Virus record (IMG/VR): IMGVR_UViG_3300022554_000002
Span: 1 to 64,000 of that record
DNA length: 64,000 nucleotides
Reading direction: 5' to 3' (one strand)
DNA from: a virus
A model generated the notes under the pieces. The model had not been told where the DNA came from and made no database searches. It saw nothing but the letters and a program-made list of their open reading frames with translations. Positions within the stretch are counted from its first letter, which is position 1, and each line of letters starts with the position of its first letter. The position numbers were made by a program, and so were the translations under genes. This document shows positions 27,955-37,951 of this stretch, one piece after another.

Positions 27955-28745
27955 TTTACATTATCCTCTTTGTCCCAAAATATAGAACGACTGCAAATAG
28001 ACCCATCTAACCTAACGCCGTGTTTCTGCTCAAAATATCTACGATTTACCTGTTGAAACCCATTTCCACCATCATGTTCTGTCATAAACGTCTGCGTCAC
28101 CCCACCATAATGAAATATTACAGAATTATAAGTGGTTAACACCTTTAAACCACTCTTTTCTGTCCTTAATGTATAATCTGCATCCTCATAAGCTGTTTTT
28201 ATATATCCGGTATCAAATGTACCCACTCGCTCAAGACATTCACTGGTAATACCAAATGCACAAAAATGAGCACCCTCATCAACCTTACCATCATTAACTT
28301 TGTAATAATTCTTAGTCCATTCAAACCACTTTTCGTGGTCTGCATGTATATCTTCTGCCTTGTATAACCCGTCAACAACATGGGAAGACACAACACCAGC
28401 TTCAGGATGATTGGCAACGAACATATTAAGGTTTGAGAGCCAGTTATAACCCAAAATAACATCATTATTTAAAATATAAACCACATCAGAAAAACCACTA
28501 TCAACAGCATTGTCAATAATTTGATTCCATGCTGTGGGAGCACCTAAATTAGTGGGATTATCAATATATGTAGTGTTTTCCATACCAAATAGTAATTTAT
28601 TAAAATACTCTTTAGAACCATCCTTGGAACCATTATCCACAACTACAAGGTGAAATGGATAGTCCTTAATTCGTCTAATAGAATCCATCGTATCCTGTGA
28701 ATACTTAAGACAGTTGTAAGCAGCAACACCCACTGTAACTTTCAT
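27921..28745 (-). CDS. glycosyltransferase family 2 (frame open upstream to 28853)
   Basis: VVDNGSKDG, NLGAPTAWN, LNND, VGTFD..YEDADY; SD AGGAG before 28745. Confidence 0.85.
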   Translation of the reverse strand: MKVTVGVAAYNCLKYSQDTMDSIRRIKDYPFHLVVVDNGSKDGSKEYFNKLLFGMENTTYIDNPTNLGAPTAWNQIIDNAVDSGFSDVVYILNNDVILGYNWLSNLNMFVANHPEAGVVSSHVVDGLYKAEDIHADHEKWFEWTKNYYKVNDGKVDEGAHFCAFGITSECLERVGTFDTGYIKTAYEDADYTLRTEKSGLKVLTTYNSVIFHYGGVTQTFMTEHDGGNGFQQVNRRYFEQKHGVRLDGSICSRSIFWDKEDNVNWKRRIPIQSL

Positions 28746-28791
28746 ATATGACTCCTGATTTAATCCAAGTAAAACTTCCTCACTCTGCTCT

Positions 28792-28832
28792 CCACCATGT
28801 TTAAATCGTGGAATATGACCACCATGTTTAAA
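28792..28832. repeat. 14-nt direct repeat CCACCATGTTTAAA x2 (period 27)
   Basis: 28792-28805 and 28819-28832. Confidence 0.8.
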
Positions 28833-28854
28833 GGGCAATGAATATTCAAACATA

Positions 28855-29091
28855 TTAACACATATTCTCTGTTTCGTCTTTTATTTCTTTGTAAAAATTT
28901 TCCCAATAAATACTTGTTAATTCTCCATCAGATTCATACATTGCTAATCGCTTACATAGTAAATCTACTCGCGCTACTTGTTTTTCATCCCACGGAGGAT
29001 GATAATACTGCATATATAGCAAGGCAAATCCTAGCTCTTTACGACATTTTTCAATCAACAGCCATTCCATTATTTTAATGCCTTTCTCCAT
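28855..29091 (-). CDS. hypothetical protein
   Basis: ORF. Confidence 0.5.
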   Translation of the reverse strand: MEKGIKIMEWLLIEKCRKELGFALLYMQYYHPPWDEKQVARVDLLCKRLAMYESDGELTSIYWENFYKEIKDETENMC

Positions 29092-30086
29092 TTCGGGGGT
29101 ATCTTTTCCATGATTTCAATATGCTCTTTCGGCCAAGTAAATAGTGGTCTTTCTGGCTGTTCTTTGGCCCACTTATACATTTCTGTAATACCATCTTTTA
29201 GACAGATATTTGATCTATAATTGTAAAACTTACGTAATTTATCATGATTAGAATAAGCTATATGTACCTCAAATCGTGGTGGTTGAAAATCAAATGTTAC
29301 TTCCTTATTATCAATCTCTTTTACAACCTCTTTTATAGTTTCTGCAAGTTTCAAAATCGTATAGGGAGTATCACCACCAATATTAAAAGTTTCATTTAAA
29401 AAATTATCATTGTCAATAGAGTCAACAATTGGTGTTGCTATGTCTTTAATATGGCTAAATGCACGAATTTGAGAACCATCACCAAAAATTGTCAAAGGCA
29501 TATCATGTAAGGCTTGGTAAATGAATATGCCAATTACATTTCTGTAAAAATCATATATATTCTGCCTTGGACCATAAACATTATGCGGACGGAAGATAGT
29601 ATATGGTATTTCCCACATTTCATGTGCACATTTTATATCTTGTTCTACAGCCTGTTTAGAAATGGCATAGGGGTCTTCTGGATGATAAGGCATACTTTCA
29701 ATAAATGGTGGAGTCTGGCCACCATAACTGGACATTGATCCAGTAAATACCAAATGCTTGACTTTATACAAAACTGATAAGTTTATGATATTAACAGATG
29801 CCATAAGATTATTAACATAGTTAAATTTACGTATAAAATGGGATAATCCTTCTGCTGCATATGCTGCAAGGTGAAAAACATAATCCGGCTTCTCATTATC
29901 AAAAATAGCCTGCATATAACCAACGTCTTCACAGTTAACTACATATAATTTTGCCTTTAAAGGAACATTTTCAGGATAACCACCTGACATATTATCAACT
30001 ACTGTAACCTCATAACCACGATCAAGTAGCATTTCAGAAACATGTGATCCTATAAACCCCGCACCCCCAGTAACCAATGCTTTCAT
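29070..30086 (-). CDS. NAD-dependent nucleotide-sugar epimerase/dehydratase (extended SDR)
   Basis: TGGAGFIGS, FHLAA, YAISK, FRPHNVYGPRQ, FGDGSQIRAF. Confidence 0.9.
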   Translation of the reverse strand: MKALVTGGAGFIGSHVSEMLLDRGYEVTVVDNMSGGYPENVPLKAKLYVVNCEDVGYMQAIFDNEKPDYVFHLAAYAAEGLSHFIRKFNYVNNLMASVNIINLSVLYKVKHLVFTGSMSSYGGQTPPFIESMPYHPEDPYAISKQAVEQDIKCAHEMWEIPYTIFRPHNVYGPRQNIYDFYRNVIGIFIYQALHDMPLTIFGDGSQIRAFSHIKDIATPIVDSIDNDNFLNETFNIGGDTPYTILKLAETIKEVVKEIDNKEVTFDFQPPRFEVHIAYSNHDKLRKFYNYRSNICLKDGITEMYKWAKEQPERPLFTWPKEHIEIMEKIPPKWRKALK

Positions 30087-30325
30087 TCAGGTTTCTCCAC
30101 ATTACACTTTTTACAGACCATTTTAATACTTATGAAACCAGCATTCACCCATTCATGGTCACAAACAGGTTTTACTTCTTCCTTTGGTGGTTCTATTTGA
30201 TTGTCACCACAAGAACAATCATTACAACTCATACCACAACCACTAAGACAAGAAAAAGAAACTGGAAAATAAGTATATAAATGTTGGTATGTTTTTTGAT
30301 TATTAAATGAATTATTTATAGTCAT
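30083..30325 (-). CDS. Cys-rich hypothetical protein
   Basis: CDHEW..CKKC; probable start at 30325 after AGGAGG. Confidence 0.55.
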   Translation of the reverse strand: MTINNSFNNQKTYQHLYTYFPVSFSCLSGCGMSCNDCSCGDNQIEPPKEEVKPVCDHEWVNAGFISIKMVCKKCNVEKPE

Positions 30326-30345
30326 ACAATATCCTCCTTGTATAA

Positions 30346-30373
30346 ATTATACAACTAAGGAGCAATTTGTCAA
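30346..30373 (-). promoter_or_regulatory. sigma70-type promoter (N16)
   Basis: TTGACA-16-TATAAT on minus strand. Confidence 0.85.
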
Positions 30374-30374
30374 G

Positions 30375-30956
30375 TTAATATTCTAAACTAAGCGGAACTT
30401 TTCTTGGTTTAAATTTCTTCAATTTTGGCCTAAGTTCTTCATATCGTTTCTTTTCTTCAGGTGTCATTTTGTGTGGCTTACGCTCTGTTGGCTTATTAAC
30501 ATCATCTAACCAATTTTGCCACCCTGTTTCATAACTAACATCAGTTCCCGGCATTGGAGTTTTGTGCAAATTGTTCAGGTCGTCTAAAGTTCTAAGTTGC
30601 TTAATCTGCTCACTTTCAAATGTCTGAGATAATCCTGTATAAGGTAATGGATTATTATTTTCATCATATAGTTCCCTGTCAGAATGATTTGGAGGAAGAT
30701 AGAAATAGTCAGCAATTGGTCCAGAATGGTGTAATGCATTCAAAGGACCACCAGTACCAGTAATTTTCTTAAATTTATCCATAGGGTTTTCTATGCCTCT
30801 GATGTTTTTCAAATCTTGAACTACATCTGAAAAACGATCATAGTCTCTACGTGCATCCATCCAATACATACACACGGCAATCATATCATCAATTAAACTA
30901 TCACAAGATTTTGATAAACCCCAAAGTAAAACGGTCATTAATGAACGATATTCCAT
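30375..30956 (-). CDS. hypothetical protein, paralog of 33660-35093 domain; in frame with upstream gene across TAG
   Basis: LNALHHSG motif; no SD before ATG. Confidence 0.65.
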   Translation of the reverse strand: MEYRSLMTVLLWGLSKSCDSLIDDMIAVCMYWMDARRDYDRFSDVVQDLKNIRGIENPMDKFKKITGTGGPLNALHHSGPIADYFYLPPNHSDRELYDENNNPLPYTGLSQTFESEQIKQLRTLDDLNNLHKTPMPGTDVSYETGWQNWLDDVNKPTERKPHKMTPEEKKRYEELRPKLKKFKPRKVPLSLEY

Positions 30957-30983
30957 ACCACGTGGTTTTTGCTGTTGTTGTCC

Positions 30984-33650
30984 CTACCTTAATTGAGTAT
31001 AAAGTTCTTGATTGATTAACTCCATTGGATCATAATCACCAGCAATTTGTATGATTTTGTAATAATACTCAAATAGCTTGGCAAACCTATCAAACATCAT
31101 TTGATTAAAAACTTTATACTCTTCAAAAGGTGTATCATAAGCATATCTATAATTAGATTGTGTTTGCCAGAATTTGCTGTCCCGTCTGTTTCGGTCGTTA
31201 TCTCTAGTTGCCATATTTCCTCTTGGACCACTAAATAACGTATCACCAATAGAATAATTTTTAATTTTTGGAACCATATCTTCAATAATGGCAGCAAACC
31301 TCTTTCCGAATTCCTCAACAGACAACTCATTGCTACTAATGCCACTATATATCTGTTCTTCATAATCTAAATTTAATTTGTTTAATATGGAAGAATTTTC
31401 AAAGCGAGCACGTGAAACATAATAAACGCCGCCACCAAAATCTTCTAATTGTACTCTAAATACGAAAGAAATCATTTCTCCATCTTTAGTAGGTAAATCA
31501 AATGAATAATTAACAGATTTTCCGCTTGTGTTAGCATATGATACCTTACCAGCAACAGTAGTATGTTTAGACAAGACAGAATTTACAGTGTCATCAATAG
31601 GTTTCCAAATCTTCTCTATTTTTTCCATTAAATCAGAAATCATACTACCGGCTGAACCTAAAGATTCCTCTAAAATATCCTTTATCTTGGATAAATCATT
31701 ATTTATAGCAAATTCCTTTTCAAATATCTTATTACCCTCAAAATCTATCTCTAGTGCAAAATTACCCACCCCTAATATATCATTTATTATTCCTACAAGT
31801 CTAAATGGATTTTCATCAAAGACAAATCGAATATTATATATTAAATTCCCAGATTCATTTGTTGAAGAAAGCCTAAAATAATCACGCTCAATTATTTGAC
31901 CATTTTTTAGGGTAATTTTATTAGGAACATTTTCTTTAGCACCAATAAAAATATTTCTCACTTTTTCTATACTATCACTAAAGATTTGAAACTTATTGAA
32001 TACTTGATCAAAAGATTCTGGTTTATCACTATAAACATAACCATTATCAGCTTTTTCAAAGTCTCCATAAGCGTTAGCATCAAGTATTTTTTTACTAAGT
32101 ATAATGTGATACGTACCTCTTGATTCTGCCTCAAATGAAATTGAATCACCTAATGCATTAACAAATTGAAAAGTATTATTTCTAAAGTTTGAATAATCTA
32201 AATTATAATTTAAACTTTTAATCTTCTCAACGATCTTTCCTAACAAAGTATTTGGGTCATTAAAGGAAAATATTGTTTCTAGATTATTAGAAATTTCATC
32301 AAATTTTCTTATGGATTTTATAAAAAGCGGAGAACCATCTTTATCTTTTAAAGTAAAATGAACATATACCTCTGGACTTTCATCAGCAGTCAAAATGAAA
32401 GTAAAACTATTTTCTATAGTAAACAAAATCTCGGTTGAAGTTAAATCTTGCTGTTTTAACCCATAACTACCATATTTTTGCATTATTTGGCTTGCTATTT
32501 CATTCATTCTGCTTTTGGTCATAGTTAATATGGTTTCTTTAGCATTTTGACGAATTTTAGCACCAAAATCTGAAACAAAGCTGGAAATAGCCACATCATT
32601 TGCATTTTTTGGTACTTCCATCTCATCAGAAAGTATTAAAGTACCAGAATCAGATAAAAATCTAAGAGAAATTTTACCGTCAGCACAAACCTCTCTTATA
32701 AGATATTTTTGGGACGAACCGAGAATATTACTTGTTGCTATCAACGTAGATTCACCAACACCATTGTTTAAATCAAGTTTAGTTCCATTACTAACCTGAT
32801 CTACCAAGAAATAACTATTTATTCCATAATATATACCATTATAAAGTTCACCACCATATATATTTTTGAACACCCTTTCTGAAATTCCTAATTTTGTGTA
32901 ATCTGATATATCATTTGACAACAAATCCCGTGTAAAAGTAGTTTTGCCTACAAAGAAACTATCAATAAATTGTTTTGCTTTATCTGAAAGTTTATAAAAT
33001 AAAACTTTTTTCAATGTGTCATTAATTTGTGTAAATGTTTCTATTATTTTTTCCCAACTTGTATCACCATCAGCACGGATAATATTTTCTCCATATGCTG
33101 TTGACATATTAAAAACGCAAGAAAATGTATTACCACTATGACAAACAAGTTGAAGGGGTCTGTTTGTAATATCTTTTAAACTAACAAGAAGAAATATATC
33201 TACAAATGGAGATACAGAAACTTTATCATCATCAAAAATATGAATATTAAATCTGTTCTCTCGTATAGTTACTCCCTCAATTCTGACATATTGACCAATC
33301 AAAGTTCTTAAATCTTTTGTAAGTCTTTCTAAAAATACGTCTGGTTGTAATACTTCTTCAGAGGGATAGAAAGATTTACAAAAGTGTATATAATTATCAT
33401 TTAGCTCATATTTTTGTGCTCCCGCTGGTGCGTCAACCGAATATATTATTTTGTTCATTTCTGCTCTGAAATCATCCGGCAAATTCAAAGTATTAATATT
33501 CATTTGTTTGTCTAATAAATATTGATTAATAATTGATTTCTTCTGTGTATTATTCAAACCTTCATTTTTTATTATAGTCATTACAAACTGTTCAGGCATT
33601 GGTTCAGGGATGTTTGTTTGAGCTATGTAAATTTTACTAAATTTACCCAT
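30984..33650 (-). CDS. large hypothetical protein with FSxIYIAQ leader (putative virion protein)
   Basis: 888-aa ORF, SD AGGTG, MGKFSKIYIAQ. Confidence 0.75.
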   Translation of the reverse strand: MGKFSKIYIAQTNIPEPMPEQFVMTIIKNEGLNNTQKKSIINQYLLDKQMNINTLNLPDDFRAEMNKIIYSVDAPAGAQKYELNDNYIHFCKSFYPSEEVLQPDVFLERLTKDLRTLIGQYVRIEGVTIRENRFNIHIFDDDKVSVSPFVDIFLLVSLKDITNRPLQLVCHSGNTFSCVFNMSTAYGENIIRADGDTSWEKIIETFTQINDTLKKVLFYKLSDKAKQFIDSFFVGKTTFTRDLLSNDISDYTKLGISERVFKNIYGGELYNGIYYGINSYFLVDQVSNGTKLDLNNGVGESTLIATSNILGSSQKYLIREVCADGKISLRFLSDSGTLILSDEMEVPKNANDVAISSFVSDFGAKIRQNAKETILTMTKSRMNEIASQIMQKYGSYGLKQQDLTSTEILFTIENSFTFILTADESPEVYVHFTLKDKDGSPLFIKSIRKFDEISNNLETIFSFNDPNTLLGKIVEKIKSLNYNLDYSNFRNNTFQFVNALGDSISFEAESRGTYHIILSKKILDANAYGDFEKADNGYVYSDKPESFDQVFNKFQIFSDSIEKVRNIFIGAKENVPNKITLKNGQIIERDYFRLSSTNESGNLIYNIRFVFDENPFRLVGIINDILGVGNFALEIDFEGNKIFEKEFAINNDLSKIKDILEESLGSAGSMISDLMEKIEKIWKPIDDTVNSVLSKHTTVAGKVSYANTSGKSVNYSFDLPTKDGEMISFVFRVQLEDFGGGVYYVSRARFENSSILNKLNLDYEEQIYSGISSNELSVEEFGKRFAAIIEDMVPKIKNYSIGDTLFSGPRGNMATRDNDRNRRDSKFWQTQSNYRYAYDTPFEEYKVFNQMMFDRFAKLFEYYYKIIQIAGDYDPMELINQELYTQLR

Positions 33651-33659
33651 TTTTCACCT

Positions 33660-35093
33660 TTAAAGACTAAAACTATTGCCAACATTACCCAATTCTTCCT
33701 GTTCTGCATATTCTTTCAAAAATTGACTATAAGGTTGGCCATTAATTCTGCTACCAGTAATAAAAATACCTGTTTCCATGTTAATCAAACCCTTATTGTA
33801 TAAAGTATCTAATGCCGAGGCAATAGTAGCATTATAAACATTATCACCAAACCCCTTATTCCATACAGCACACACATTACGATCTTTGGAAATACGTCCT
33901 TCCAACTCCACACTCATAAGACCATTATCTTTTCGTAACTTGACATGAGACTCAAATGATGGAGCAGTATATATTGTGCCACCGCTGACAGAAAAAGTAA
34001 TGGCTGATGGCTCCCTTATAAACGTCTCTGGATTGGTGTAAATAGCAAGTATCTTTTTACTATAGTGTTTAATTTCCTGACTCCAAGAACTAGTATCTAA
34101 ATTTGATAAATCTTCCATTTGATCTTTATTTAAGCCTAGATGCTCATACATTAACCCACTATTATGTGCAACATTTAGAGCTAAGGAAATAGTTGACATA
34201 ATTTGATTAATATCTGCTGTACCACGAACAGCATTCAATTTATCAATAATATTATTTACTTGTTTTCGTGTTTCCTCATATCCCGGCCACATCTGCAACC
34301 ACTGATCCCATGCAGCTTCTTTGAGTTGTGGATCATTTAAAACACGCATCAATAAATCATGTTGATATGGGAATTTATCTTCTTCATGATAAAACAAATT
34401 CCACCAATCATCACCATATAAATCATCTAAACTCACCATGTCTCGTGGATTAAAATTGTGGTTTTCAATAGACCATTCATAAAATTCATCCATTAAGCTT
34501 CTACCAGAACGACTAACAGCATTGTCTTTAATATAATCATATGCTTTTTCTTCATCATTTCTACCGACATAATTATCAACTAATTCATCAAACTTAGCTC
34601 GTTGTGCTTGTGCGTTACCTTTTGTTTCTGGAAAGTTCTTAATAATCCAACTAAACAAAAATTTATCTGCTGCCCAAGAATATTCTGTGTCTTCAAACTC
34701 TTGTCGCCAATCATTTTCCCTAACTATCTGTTCCTCAATAATTTCTTGTACTTTTGGTCTAATATCTATAGTTCCACGAATCCCACGATCAATAACACCA
34801 AACTCTTTCAATTCCTCTTCTGCCCAACGGCTCCACCAACCATCCTTACTGTGACCATCAGACCATTCAGTGTAAATATTAAGAATTTGATTTATTAATT
34901 TGTTGGCTAAAACATGAAAATCTGCAACAAGATTGTTTTTTCGATCATCTGCACGTCCAGAAAGACGTTTATCTAACTCATTAATTTGAAACCACAATTT
35001 GTGTAATAATTCTAATCCCTTGAATAACTCTTGCCTTGAATAGAAATTATCACTACTAGATTGAGCTATGTAAATTGTGCTAAAACGGCTCAT
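33660..35093 (-). CDS. hypothetical protein with FSxIYIAQ leader (putative virion protein)
   Basis: MSRFSTIYIAQ; LNVAHNSG motif. Confidence 0.75.
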   Translation of the reverse strand: MSRFSTIYIAQSSSDNFYSRQELFKGLELLHKLWFQINELDKRLSGRADDRKNNLVADFHVLANKLINQILNIYTEWSDGHSKDGWWSRWAEEELKEFGVIDRGIRGTIDIRPKVQEIIEEQIVRENDWRQEFEDTEYSWAADKFLFSWIIKNFPETKGNAQAQRAKFDELVDNYVGRNDEEKAYDYIKDNAVSRSGRSLMDEFYEWSIENHNFNPRDMVSLDDLYGDDWWNLFYHEEDKFPYQHDLLMRVLNDPQLKEAAWDQWLQMWPGYEETRKQVNNIIDKLNAVRGTADINQIMSTISLALNVAHNSGLMYEHLGLNKDQMEDLSNLDTSSWSQEIKHYSKKILAIYTNPETFIREPSAITFSVSGGTIYTAPSFESHVKLRKDNGLMSVELEGRISKDRNVCAVWNKGFGDNVYNATIASALDTLYNKGLINMETGIFITGSRINGQPYSQFLKEYAEQEELGNVGNSFSL

Positions 35094-35134
35094 TGAGTAG
35101 CCCCTAAATGAAACAATCCCTCATTGTAATATAA

Positions 35135-36013
35135 TCATTGAAAAAGGTCAAAAGTAGGCAACCGTTTTTGAGCTACTTCAGGGGTTTCAAAGCGTAAATC
35201 CGTTAATCTTATGTCAGTTCTGGCTAATTGACTGAATAATTCATTAGTTTGCTTCATACATTCACCAGCCAAAGGACATTTTTGGCAGTATTGACTCTTT
35301 GGATGATACCCAAGCGTGGCATCAAGGCTATTTAAACATACCTCTGCTTGCTTCCTGCTGGCATAGAAACGCTTCTTTGACTCAATGTGGTCAAAGACAC
35401 CCAACCAACGACTTTCTTGTGTAGTTTGGCTTAGATTCGCTGTTTGCTCTTGTTCTTTTACTCGATTTCCGTGTTTCTGATATAATGACAAGGCTTCATT
35501 TGTTACACAACGGGGAAAAGGCCAAATCTGCTTCCAATCCTTGACTGAAAACAGGGTATGGAAATAGTTATATGAATCCTCAATCCTATTTGAATCAAAA
35601 AACTCTATAAGATTATTGAAATACTTGTTATCTGTCTTTTTGTAGGTTCTTGGAGTAGCATTATGCATTGAATTCTTGGCATAATACTGCATCAAAACCT
35701 TATTGTAATTTGTGAGAATTAAGTTGGTTCTTTCTGCATCTTTTAACTCTTGCACCTTGTGTGTATACCTAGAAATATTAACATCGTATTCCTGCTTAAT
35801 TTTAATAATATCAAAATGGACAAAACCCTCTTTTGGTTCAATACCAACCATATCAAGAGTCAAAATATCATGACTATCAAGAATATCACGATACTCATAA
35901 GCATCAATGTTGTAATTTTCATCAAGTTGTGAAAGAACTTCAAGAAAAGCCATTTTGTAGTTACAAGGCTTGTTCAATTGTATAAATTGTTCAGATATTA
36001 ATACTTTGGACAT
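35135..36013 (-). CDS. hypothetical protein
   Basis: 292-aa ORF, C-terminal CxxCxxxxxC. Confidence 0.65.
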   Translation of the reverse strand: MSKVLISEQFIQLNKPCNYKMAFLEVLSQLDENYNIDAYEYRDILDSHDILTLDMVGIEPKEGFVHFDIIKIKQEYDVNISRYTHKVQELKDAERTNLILTNYNKVLMQYYAKNSMHNATPRTYKKTDNKYFNNLIEFFDSNRIEDSYNYFHTLFSVKDWKQIWPFPRCVTNEALSLYQKHGNRVKEQEQTANLSQTTQESRWLGVFDHIESKKRFYASRKQAEVCLNSLDATLGYHPKSQYCQKCPLAGECMKQTNELFSQLARTDIRLTDLRFETPEVAQKRLPTFDLFQ

Positions 36014-36015
36014 AT

Positions 36016-36855
36016 CTACTTCTTTTCCTGCTTCTTTCTCTGTTCTTCTGCTGTTTCATCTCTAATAGCAATATTAAAAGGTACAAAGTTGCTATTATTG
36101 ACATAAGCTGTAGGAACACTACAATGAGCACTGAAATAGTCTGCTTGGTGTAACAATATTGATAACCAATTATCGGATTCCTTTGGACTACCAAACTCAT
36201 ATCGTCCATGATGTGCTAAAATGGCATTTTGAATCATTAGAACATACTCATTCTTCATAGCTTCACCACCAAGAATGTCTGTGGCGGTTTTGGTAAATTC
36301 ATAATAAGAACGTGATAGGTGTGATACCATTTTAGCATGAACATTCCTCTTTACTACCATTCCAGAACGATAATAATTTTCATACATCTTACGTTCATCT
36401 AAACACAAACCACTACAATAGTAATTCTCGGTTTCTCGTATTTTAATAGGATTTCCATTGTCATCTGTAGAATCTACTAGATAATTGCTACAATAAATAC
36501 GTTCATAATCATAAACCTTGCCAATATCATGCCAAACAGCCGCAATAAGGAACATGGCAGCATTTTCACTAACATGAACTAAAGGCCAAGGATATGAATC
36601 AACAGAAAGTACAGCAGAACCATATTTTATGATTTCATACGTGTGCTGCTGCAATCCACCAGCATAAAAATGATGTTTTGTAGAAACAGAAGCACCGGGA
36701 CATATCTGAAATGAGAAAAAATCAGTTAAGCGTTTAGTCTGTACTAATAATTCACCTAAAACAGACCCCTTAAGAATTTCAATTTTGCTATCAATAAATG
36801 GTGCGAGAAAGTTGAAATTCTTCTCACTTAGCTTCATACATAATTCCAATCGCAT
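36016..36855 (-). CDS. HD-domain hydrolase (YhaM/Cbf1-like)
   Basis: HHFYAGGL..HT, WHDIGKV, AHHGRYEFGSP, LHQAD. Confidence 0.8.
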   Translation of the reverse strand: MRLELCMKLSEKNFNFLAPFIDSKIEILKGSVLGELLVQTKRLTDFFSFQICPGASVSTKHHFYAGGLQQHTYEIIKYGSAVLSVDSYPWPLVHVSENAAMFLIAAVWHDIGKVYDYERIYCSNYLVDSTDDNGNPIKIRETENYYCSGLCLDERKMYENYYRSGMVVKRNVHAKMVSHLSRSYYEFTKTATDILGGEAMKNEYVLMIQNAILAHHGRYEFGSPKESDNWLSILLHQADYFSAHCSVPTAYVNNSNFVPFNIAIRDETAEEQRKKQEKK

Positions 36856-37829
36856 TTAAGCATTTCTTCAGCTACCCAATCTAAAGTATCTGTCCAATTT
36901 CCAACTTCTTTTTGTTTATCTTGCCATTTCTGCCAAAACTCACTCTTATCCAACTCTTCAATGTAATCATTCCAATTATCTGCTGTCAGTTCCATGATAG
37001 AACTATCAAACATATATTGAGGATTCATTAAATTATCTGCACCGTCACATAGGTAGTCTTTAGTACCAATAGAACTTGGATATGGCTTACAAATTGGGTT
37101 TCTATCCCATAAAATATTATTGGGGTGTCTCCAATCCCTAAACCAATCCTTCTGTGTTACAGAACCATCTGGATTTTGTATATTTTCCTTCTTGTAGCCA
37201 CCTAAATGACCATGCTGAATCCAATCATAATGCAACCATTTCAAACATGTTCTCCACTGCTGACGAACATAGCCATAATGCAAGTATTCAACACCAGACT
37301 GCACTACGTCACCATTTGGTAATGAATCTGGATGAACATGTTCATGTACACCACCATACCAACGTACATTCGGTGTAAATCGGAAGAAATTATCCTTGGA
37401 GCACTTGTCCTGAACCTGCCAAGGGTGAATCATAAAATGATAGAAGTATGTCCAAATCTGCCTAATATCTGTGCGGTCCCTAACTATATCATTCTTGAGA
37501 ATATCAAGGTCTTCTGGGTAATAAATTTCATCTGAATCAATCCAATGCCAATAAACAGCGTCGGGGTTAGTTCTTTGAAGACACTCATTTCGTAAAGACG
37601 TAAAATCTTTACTATTTGACTTGAATAACTTAACCTCACAACCATAATCTTTGAACTTGCCAATCCACTGACGATATAACTCGAAAATGGGCTTAAAACT
37701 ACCATTATCACACAATACTATTTCATCTGGATATTGTGCCATGTGTAAAGAATTAAAACATCCATCAAGGAACTTCAAACCTAGATTGGTATTCTCCTTG
37801 ACGATCATATGTACGGAAATAAATGCCAT
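36834..37829 (-). CDS. glycosyltransferase family 2
   Basis: SVHMIVKE, DEIV.CDNGS, WHWIDSDE, WYGGVHE, YLHYGY. Confidence 0.8.
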   Translation of the reverse strand: MAFISVHMIVKENTNLGLKFLDGCFNSLHMAQYPDEIVLCDNGSFKPIFELYRQWIGKFKDYGCEVKLFKSNSKDFTSLRNECLQRTNPDAVYWHWIDSDEIYYPEDLDILKNDIVRDRTDIRQIWTYFYHFMIHPWQVQDKCSKDNFFRFTPNVRWYGGVHEHVHPDSLPNGDVVQSGVEYLHYGYVRQQWRTCLKWLHYDWIQHGHLGGYKKENIQNPDGSVTQKDWFRDWRHPNNILWDRNPICKPYPSSIGTKDYLCDGADNLMNPQYMFDSSIMELTADNWNDYIEELDKSEFWQKWQDKQKEVGNWTDTLDWVAEEMLKCDWNYV

Positions 37830-37864
37830 GCGGGTCTTCTCCTAACAGACTATCGCTTACTCAT

Positions 37865-37892
37865 ATTATACAGGCTGGAAACCATTTGTCAA
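37865..37892 (-). promoter_or_regulatory. sigma70-type promoter (N16)
   Basis: TTGACA-16-TATAAT on minus strand. Confidence 0.85.
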
Positions 37893-37929
37893 TAAAAAAT
37901 CCCCATAAAATTTACAACTATGGGGATTT
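37891..37929 (-). terminator. intrinsic terminator hairpin
   Basis: AAATCCCCATA/TATGGGGATTT stem with T-tract on minus strand after 37952 gene. Confidence 0.75.
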
Positions 37930-37951
37930 GACAAGCGGGACTACTTAAAAA

